Shown here one piece after another: positions 56,601 through 64,000 of a stretch of 64,000 bases of DNA (positions are counted from its first letter, which is position 1; each line of letters opens with the position of its first letter). The notes beneath the pieces are model-generated. The model saw only the letters and a program-made list of their open reading frames with translations, did not search any database and was not told the DNA's origin. Origin of the DNA: a virus (lineage: Duplodnaviria > Caudoviricetes). The DNA lies in the IMG/VR virus record IMGVR_UViG_3300013414_000359, positions 834 through 64,833 of that record. One strand, 5' to 3'. The position numbers and the translations under genes were made by a program.

Positions 56601-57061
56601 AGCGGTCTACCGTCCTTTAGATAGTTTGCGAATATCCAGTTGCGGCAGGTTCGCTGTTCCTGTGAGAAATATCCGGGGGGATTCGGCGTATAATCCCAGA
56701 AGTTGATGCGCCGCGCGTTTGTGATGTCGAGCTTAATCCGGTCATTCTCGATATGGATTTCCGAATTGGGGTCCGGCACGAACGCGACGTGGGTGTTCAG
56801 CGACCAAACAAAGCCCTCGCTTAAACCACAAAGATAATACGCCTTTGCATCAGGATATTGTCTGACGATAAGGTCTACGATTGCTTCGGATTTGTGGAAC
56901 GTTCCGTAGTAAACTCGGTTGTCCTTTTCACCGATAAAGCATTTCGCGCAGCACTGCTCGATGTCAACATCTTTGATGGCTCGAAGCCAAAAGAAGTTGC
57001 ACTTCTTTCGGATTTCGAGATGTAGGCGCATTGGGTTAATCATAGTTTGGTACGATACCAT
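56597..57061 (-). CDS. Unknown Cys-rich protein, paralog 3 of 3
   Basis: Same invariant motifs; start at 57061 (after AGGAGG) or at 57031. Confidence 0.85.
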   Translation of the reverse strand: MVSYQTMINPMRLHLEIRKKCNFFWLRAIKDVDIEQCCAKCFIGEKDNRVYYGTFHKSEAIVDLIVRQYPDAKAYYLCGLSEGFVWSLNTHVAFVPDPNSEIHIENDRIKLDITNARRINFWDYTPNPPGYFSQEQRTCRNWIFANYLKDGRPL

Positions 57062-57084
57062 TATACCACCTCCTATAAGACAGT

Positions 57085-60000
57085 TCAATGACAGGTTTGT
57101 GACACGACGGAGCAATCCACGATTTCAGGGTTATGCTCCCTGAACCAATCACCGAATGCCGTCAGGATTTCCTCGCTGCTGCAAGGTGGGGCAGAGTTGA
57201 ACTCTACGCCAGCCGCAAACATAGCGTTTTTCACCGCCGTAAACTCGCGGTCGAAGCCACTCACGCGGGTTCTTGCCACGCTCATTCGCGCTCCGTGGTC
57301 GGTGAAGCTCTCGAACAGGGCGTGGGTGAGCGGGTTTCCCGCACTCACAGAGTCGCCCACTGTCAGCTTGGCGAGGGTGATAGTGTAGCCGCCTTGCACC
57401 GTGCCAAGTAGCGTGTACTCCGTCATATTTGTTGTTGCGTATGACGGCAACGGGTTGGGACCGGTGTAGGGTTGCGGAATGAAATCTTTAACCATTTTTC
57501 TGATACCTCCTAAAGTTGATAGTCTTTGCCTTGCTTTGCGCCCCGGTCTTTGTATCTGACCGAGGGCTTTACCCACACAACCTTGCCACTCTTGTAGCGC
57601 CGCCGGTAGCCTCGGACGCTTACCTCGTGGTCGGGTTTGGTGTAAGGTCTCTTTTCACCGGGGAGTCGCCGCAGTTGCTCGCTGGTAATCTCCTCGGAAA
57701 GAACATAGGTCTTTTTGATGAGCGGCACAGCTTTGGGCTTGCCCTGCCGCTTTTTCTTCTTGGACTTATGCTGCGTCTGCGGCGGCAGCCTTGTTTCCTC
57801 TATGGGAATGACCTCCCGATAGTGAGCCATAAACAGCATGAGCGCATGATATTTCAGCGCAGCTTTCTCGTCTGTGTTGTCCGACAGTATCACCATTCGC
57901 AGCAAATCCCGCTTGACCTCATGCAGCTGTGGAGCAAAGCGATAATGGGTCGCCTCGAAAGTTTGAGGGTCGTAATCGAAGATTACGGCAGCCGGGCAGG
58001 GTCTGTTATCCATTCTCGGATAGATTGATATTTCCACGATGCCCTGCTTCTCTTCAAATGCCACATCAAGCATTTCTTCCTGCAAAACTATGACGCCCGA
58101 CGCCAGCGGAGCGTGAAACTCCTCTTTGTCAAGCCAAGCCCTGTTTGCGATATACCAGTCAAGCACGATTTTCATACGGTCGTTGCTTTTGACGATGATG
58201 CGGTCGGCAGACTTTATATTCATGCGGTTCACCTCCTGTTTGCGTATTCCTCCTCGTCCTCAAACGCCATTTTGACGGCTCGGCAGATTTCATACCGCTC
58301 GTCTTCGGGATAGCCCTCTCGGAACAGGACGAGATAGCCGTCATCGTTCTCATCGTTGCTGCCGACATAGAACTGTGTCCCGTCATCGAGGTCGGGGTCC
58401 GGCTCAAGAACTACACCGATGGTGTGCTTACCATTGTTGATGTTCAGCCCCATAATGCCGCGCTCAACCTGATAGCCCTCGCTGCGGAGGATTTCGGTAA
58501 CGCGGTCGGCGTCGCTTTTGTATTCAGCTTTGTACTCAATCTCCATATCAGCCTTTCTGCCTCCCTTTCTTCTTGCCCCGACGCTTCGGAACATATTTCG
58601 GAATAGGTTTCTTCTTTGCACCAATCAAGAACAGCTCTTTCTGGCTGACGTATCGGTCATCGTGCTTCATTTGCAGCCCTCCTCAAAAATGACCTCGTTC
58701 GGGTGGACGATGTAGTAGAGGATTTCGGTCAGGTAGTTTTTAATCCCGTGTGCCTCACAGTATCGAAGCAGCTCCTCATAATTTCCGTTGTCCTCGTAGC
58801 CGTCAAGCTCTTTGCCGTCCGAATTGAGGGACGGATTTACAATTCCACCGTACACATAGTCGTTCCAGTAAATCTCCATACGGTCGATTATGGCAGGAAC
58901 GCTCGCTTGTTCTGCGGGCCATCTATCCTCGGCAATGCTGCCGAGGTATGCGTCCTGCTCATCAATTAGCCGTATCTCGTCATTCTCGACTTCATAATCG
59001 AAGTCGATTTCTTTCAACAGTTCTCTGAATGTCATCTTTTTCTCTTTCATAGGCTGTCACCCTTATTGTCAATAGTTTTCTCGATTTTTACATCATAGCC
59101 GAGTGCCGCATAAAAATCGACGAGCTTTTTGATTGAACTGTCGAGCGATGATATTACATACACATCTTCCTCGCCCGTGTAGCTGTCGTAATCGCCGTCG
59201 ATTTCCACACCGACCCATTCACCTATGACTTTATCGTCGCTCCCATTGCATTCGATGTTGATGTTAAAAAAGCTGTTCAGCGCATCAACTTCTTCCTGAT
59301 TTTTCGGTCTGTACCAGCGGTACTCATATCTCTCGTCGTCAATGTAGCTGTAACCGAATGGGGCATAGCTGTTTTCGATACACTCAATCGCGTCTACCTT
59401 TGCTTTCAAAATCTTGAATTTGCTTGCGCGGTTAATCGCAGCCTCATAATCCACGCATTCTGATTTGTCATTGAACTTTCTTCCGTCCAGCGCAACATAA
59501 ACTGTGCGCGATACTGTTTCCGTTTTCATAGCCTTGCCTCCTCATATCTCATAAACTTGCGGGTCTTCCGTAGGGTCAATCCGCTTGACGTGAACGCTGT
59601 TCAAGCCAAAGGCGGCAACAGCTTTTTCTGTAGCCTCCTCGATGCTATCCGCGAGAATAATCAGCGTTCTGCCACCCTCGTATTTGCGGTGCGCCCTGAA
59701 CAAGTGCTTGGCGATGGTGCGGTAGGCTTTATTTCTCTCTGAAATTGCCTTTGTCAATTCACAATCCCTCCATTCTTCTTTGCAAGGCCAAATCTCGGAG
59801 CCGAAGCCAACATCAGCCTCCCACTCAGCAAAAAGCTGGTCTATCGGGGTGGCGATTCGCTTAGCATCTTCGGGGTCTTCGTATTGGAGGCGGGTCAACT
59901 CTGTCATCAGGTCTTTCAGAGAATATCCGTGGTATATCAGCCATTGAAGCTGGTATTTCTCGTAATGGCCCATTTCACTTTACCTCCTCTACAACATTAT

Positions 60001-62311
60001 TTTCTTTGTCCAGCCAGACTCGCTTATTACCGAGCTTGCCTTTCTTGTAGCCCATTTTGAGCATCTGGCGCTCGTGTTCGGCTTTCTCATCGTGCCATTG
60101 CAAGCTGCGCGCTCGGTATAACGGCTCCCAATGCTCGTCCATAAACGAATACCCCATACCGTCGATGCCGAAAAAGTAGCCCCATTCCTCGTGTTCATAA
60201 ATGCGGAACCCGCACTCGGACATCAGACGAATGCCGTCCAGTTCTTCCAACCAATAATCGTCTGCGCTATTTCCGAAACTCCACAGCCAGCCCCACATCG
60301 GCAAAAGGCTGTCGCGTTCCACCTCGAACTCGTCTTCGGCGAGAATTACATCACCGAGTTCCTTGTTGTCGAACTCGATGCGGTGCAAGTCAGGCTCTTT
60401 ATCATACCTGTCCTCAACGATAACACCACGCTGACCGTCGTTCTCGCCGTCCCAAACGCAAACCCTGTCTCCGTAGCTCGGCGTGGTAAGCTCGCTCCAA
60501 TCATTAGGAAAGGCTTTCATCAAAGTCTCAATCATGCCGTACCGAACGGCATTAAATCCGTTTACCCACTCAGCGGCAGCGTCAACAACCGTCTTGCCTT
60601 TCATATCAGTCGCACCTCCTCGTTCTCATGCGCCCAAGAGCTTGCGTGATTTCCGACCAACGGCAATACTGGTTGGTGCCACCTGTCCAGTCTTTGTCAT
60701 GCGCCATCGTGCGGTACAGGACGCGGGTGTACCACTCGTTTCGGCGGTAGCGTACATCGCTAATGGCGATGTAAACGAACTCGCCAGTTATCTCATCACG
60801 CAACACCGCCGAGAAATCGTAATGGTTCGGGTGGAACTTGTGCAGTGCATACCCTGCGGCTTTTGCCTGTTTTCTGAGGTCAGCTCTCGCCGCTCTCTGA
60901 AATGCGTCGTAATCCTGTCCGGTTTCACTGCCGGACGAAAAGGTGTGGTTAATCCACTTTTCCATTGTGTTAGCCATTTTTAACGCTCCTTTCTGCCAGT
61001 GCCATAAGTTCCTCGATTTCGTCCAGCGGAATGAGGACATCAAACCAATCATAGTCCTCGCCATCTTTTGTAGGTGAAAACATAACCTCGGCATATCGCG
61101 CCTCTGGGTTAGCCGTTGGAAACTCCACGCTGATTTCCATTGATTCAGCTTCGGGGTATTTCCCATCGAGCATATCAACTGGTGCGATGAAATATAGCGT
61201 TGTGGTGTTTGATTCGGGACATTCGTATGATTCCTCAAAGTAAATCCTGCGGTCAATCATAAATCAACCCTCCAATTCTAAAATCTCCACAGTGATGTGG
61301 GCGTAGGTTTTGCCTTCAAAAGTATCTTCGTCGTAGCCAACTACCTCAATCTTCTGAGCGAGCTGCCACGACGGAATAAAAGCCATCTGAACAGACGGTA
61401 TCGACGCAAAGCCATCTACCGTTCGCCAGCCAATCGCAAATTCTTTGCCGCTCATTCGCAAGACATAACATAGCTCGTTCAACGAGCGAGGGCTGCTTTT
61501 CGCCAGCATAGGGTGCTTGGCGAACTCGACTTCAAGCCAAGTCATAAACTCTTTCTCTGTCATCAACTTACCCTCCTATTCTTGCGGCAACATCGCACAC
61601 GCATCTTCCTGAGATGTAAAACAGTCCTTTGCAGGAAATACTAACAGTTCTGCACAACCGTTAGTTTTTGTCGCAGTAGTGTGTAGTTCTAATACCTCAC
61701 GGAGCGCAATAAAGTCGTCTGGCATTTCTGTTGCTAAAACATAACTTCCGACCTGCGCAAGAAATATATAGCCCGTAACAGCAACGCCGTAGGGCTTTTC
61801 ATTCAGGTCGCGTTCTAAAACCCATATTCTATCACCGCATTTCATAAACCGCTCCCTCCTTACAGCTCATACTCGTCCAGCCATTCTGCAAACTCGGCAA
61901 GGAACTCGCCGTTTTTAACCGTCAGCCAACCAGCGCAGTATGTATCAGAAAACTCACGATACAAGTGCTCAACCGTTGAGGCCGACACCTTCAAATCGCC
62001 GTGCGCTTTCAGGTAGTCGAGGATTATCTGCATTTCTTCAGGGTAATCGAAATTGTCCTTTTTCCAAAGGTCATATACTTTCATTGGTCGTGTCCTCCTT
62101 ACCGCTTGCCGGAGCAGTATTCTTCAAAGGTTGGTTTGTGAAAGCCCCGCAGCTTATCCAGCTCCTGCGGTGAAATTATCTTTAAGGTCTCAACCCCGCA
62201 GCGTTTCAAATCGTCAAACACCTCTCGTTTTGGGGTGTTGAATCGCTGGTCGAAATCTTTTGTGTAGCCACCGATAAATCCATTACCCCAATCAACCAAA
62301 TAAAAAATCAT
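57085..62311 (-). other. Cluster of about 12 co-oriented phage hypothetical genes
   Basis: 57085-57495, 57510-58232, 58229-58546, 58667-59050, 59047-59529, 59542-59973, 59975-60604, 60606-60977, 60970-61260, 61264-61566, 61576-61845, 61860-62084, 62099-62311. Confidence 0.7.
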
Positions 62312-62329
62312 ATAATCAACTCCTTTGCA

Positions 62330-62363
62330 AAATAAAAGAAACCCGCCATTTCTGGCGGATTTC
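62330..62363 (-). terminator. Terminator between attR and the first right-end gene
   Basis: CCGCCA-GAAA-TGGCGG then GTTTCTTTTATTTT on the minus strand. Confidence 0.6.
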
Positions 62364-62368
62364 AGTAT

Positions 62369-62412
62369 ATAGGCAAATTCAGCTAACCATTAAGGAATAC
62401 GCAAATACTAAA
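62369..62412. other. attR (phage P arm + AA core + host B' arm)
   Basis: ATAGGCAAATTCAGCTAACCA TT AA GG AATACGC; reconstructed attP is a 48-bp imperfect palindrome centred on AA. Confidence 0.9.
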
Positions 62413-62604
62413 CCTTTTCTTTTTATTGAATACTTTGTACCCGATAAAAAGAAGTCAGGCGGCTCTTATGTAACCGTGACAGGAAATTTCAGACGTATTG
62501 ATGAATACGCAGGAAATATGATTTTGACATCTGGAGAGGAAATACATTTAAATGATATTTACAGCATAGAGGGAGATGTCTTTGATATTATAGAGCGATC
62601 CTAA
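62392..62604 (+). pseudogene. yolD-like gene, 3' part
   Basis: KEYANTKPFLFIEYFVPDKKKSGGSYVTVTGNFRRIDEY...IHLNDIYSI*; in frame with the 5' part across AAG. Confidence 0.88.
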
Positions 62605-62623
62605 AATAAAATAATATTTTGGG

Positions 62624-62659
62624 CTACTGCCGCACAGAAAATGTGCGGCAGTTTTTTGT
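62624..62659 (+). terminator. Terminator of the host polymerase/yolD operon
   Basis: ACTGCCGCACA-GAAAA-TGTGCGGCAGT followed by TTTTT. Confidence 0.75.
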
Positions 62660-62879
62660 ATATATTCTCTACATTATTATTCGGTAATTTATGCGTAACT
62701 AAAATGTGCAGACCGTTCAACCTAATTCGACAGAGATTTGCCATAAAATGGTATAAAATTTAGAAAAAGACGACTATATGTCAAATTAAAGTGTGAAAGT
62801 CATCACAAAATCCTTGAATTCTGATACCGTCAAGGCAGACTAACTGTTTTAGCATGCCGCAATTCAAGGAGGATTACAA

Positions 62880-63278
62880 ATGAAATTCATTATAATTGAT
62901 CGCAAGAAGTGTGTTTCCGTCAACAACAATCTTTATACAGCAATAAAAAGCTGTAACCGCTATGCCCAAAGGCAAGCGGAGAGACTGTCGGAACGCGAAA
63001 TACTGATTGGTGATGAAGCTGAACTTGATATACTGTTAGAGAAAGAGCAAAATAGTCCCTGCGAGATCGTAGAGCGTAAAGAAATCTTTCGGGAGATTAT
63101 GGAAATAATCGAAAATCATCTTACAAAAGATGAAAGACAGTTAATTATTGCTGTTTTTCTAAAAGGCGAAAAACGAAATGAAACTGCTCAGAAAATGGGT
63201 TTATCCTATAAACAGCTTACATATCGTTTGAACACCGCTCTGAAAAGGGTAAGAGAAATTTATAACGAAAATAAATAA
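62880..63278 (+). CDS. Sigma-70 region 4-like HTH protein, typical of ICE/mobilisable elements
   Basis: LTKDERQLI...ETAQKMGLSYKQLTYRLNTALKRVR. Confidence 0.7.
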   Translation: MKFIIIDRKKCVSVNNNLYTAIKSCNRYAQRQAERLSEREILIGDEAELDILLEKEQNSPCEIVERKEIFREIMEIIENHLTKDERQLIIAVFLKGEKRNETAQKMGLSYKQLTYRLNTALKRVREIYNENK

Positions 63279-63693
63279 ATTGATTATTTCCGCTATAAGC
63301 TAACTGTAAATTTTCAGATAGTAGGGGCTTTTGTTCTGATTTTTGCACTTTAAGATATTAAGTAAATAATGCACAAAAAGGGAAATGTCTTTTTGTAGCA
63401 AGTTACAAACTTTTTTAAAAATCAAAAAAATATATCCAAAATTTGGGGAAAGTGGTCTAAATGATGTCGTTATATATATAGAGGGATAATTTTTCAGACC
63501 TGTTTTTGTCCCTTTTAGAACCTTGACAATTTAATCATACAGTAGTGAGAGATACACGCTTGTATTGACAGAACACAAGCATACCCGTCTGCGGAAACGG
63601 CATATCGGAGGAGAACTGTAGCACTGTATGGCGAAAAAAAAGAGGCAGGCAGAACTTGTTTTGTTCTGCTTGCTTATTATATAGGAGGTTAAT

Positions 63694-63855
63694 ATGCAAA
63701 CTGCAAATACCATAATTCAAAAAAAGAAAATTGATAAAACTACTTACATTGTTAAAACTTTCTTTAATGGCGATAATTCAGGAAGTGTACCACAAAAAAT
63801 GAAAACCATTATTGAAAATAAAATCGTAAAAGCTCCATTAAAAGACGAAAAATAG
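63694..63855 (+). CDS. TnpW-like small protein (not in the ORF track)
   Basis: RBS AGGAGG; MQTANTIIQKKKIDKTTYIVKTFFNG... Confidence 0.55.
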   Translation: MQTANTIIQKKKIDKTTYIVKTFFNGDNSGSVPQKMKTIIENKIVKAPLKDEK

Positions 63856-63932
63856 ATTGATGATGTAGTATAATAAAACTTGACACAATCCACCCACTAA
63901 AATATAATAAAAAAGAAGGAGAGTGTCAAGGA

Positions 63933-64000
63933 ATGGGACAGGTAAAGCAGTACAGCCGAGAATATAAAGAGGAAGCGATAAGGCTTGCCGAGGAAAAAGG
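63933..64000 (+). CDS. Possible IS3-family transposase N-terminus (truncated by the window end)
   Basis: MGQVKQYSREYKEEAIRLAEEK resembles the start of HTH_Tnp_1. Confidence 0.45.
   Translation, partial: MGQVKQYSREYKEEAIRLAEEK

Larger units (their letters stand above)
2266..62395. mobile_element. Prophage, ~60.1 kb, contractile-tailed (myovirus-like), with LSR integrase and DGR
   Basis: Full set of phage modules; bounded by attL/attR sharing AAGG; excision restores the host ORF; GC shifts at both boundaries. Confidence 0.95.

Noticed and set aside
1-64000. CRISPR array, tRNA/rRNA genes, second DGR VR
   Set aside because: None seen by eye; not excluded without tRNAscan, Infernal or a TR self-BLAST.

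Overview
The window is almost entirely one ~60.1-kb myovirus-type prophage (2266-62395, higher GC than its flanks) of a Clostridia-like Firmicute. It is integrated inside a yolD-like gene that follows a Y-family (ImpB/UmuC/DinB-like) polymerase; joining 2049-2265 to 62396-62604 rebuilds an intact 141-aa ORF. The phage carries a large serine recombinase (LSR) about 20 kb from the nearest att site, a PolA/primase/SNF2 replication module, HK97-type head and contractile tail genes, a lysis module, and a diversity-generating retroelement (DGR: TR/VR with 15 adenine-only mismatches, RT with YMDN, no recognisable Avd). The top finding is a second pair of att-like sites (10210-10256 and 20937-20980) with the same 21-bp arm as attL/attR but a different central dinucleotide (GA instead of AA), in inverted orientation around the whole 10.7-kb replication module. 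Flipping that segment rebuilds a symmetric attP-like site, restores the RBS and first codons of a split SleB-like gene, places the replication operon downstream of the cro promoter, and gives a promoter to an otherwise promoterless 7-kb early operon. I infer that one integrase both integrates the phage and locks its lytic genes off by inversion. Other observations: two type II hammerhead ribozymes, three dispersed paralogs of an unknown Cys-rich protein, a duplicated ~300-bp origin-like element, a MetK-like gene in the baseplate operon, and a ParB/MTase/DUF1848 cluster. All family assignments come from motif recognition by eye; no database searches were run.
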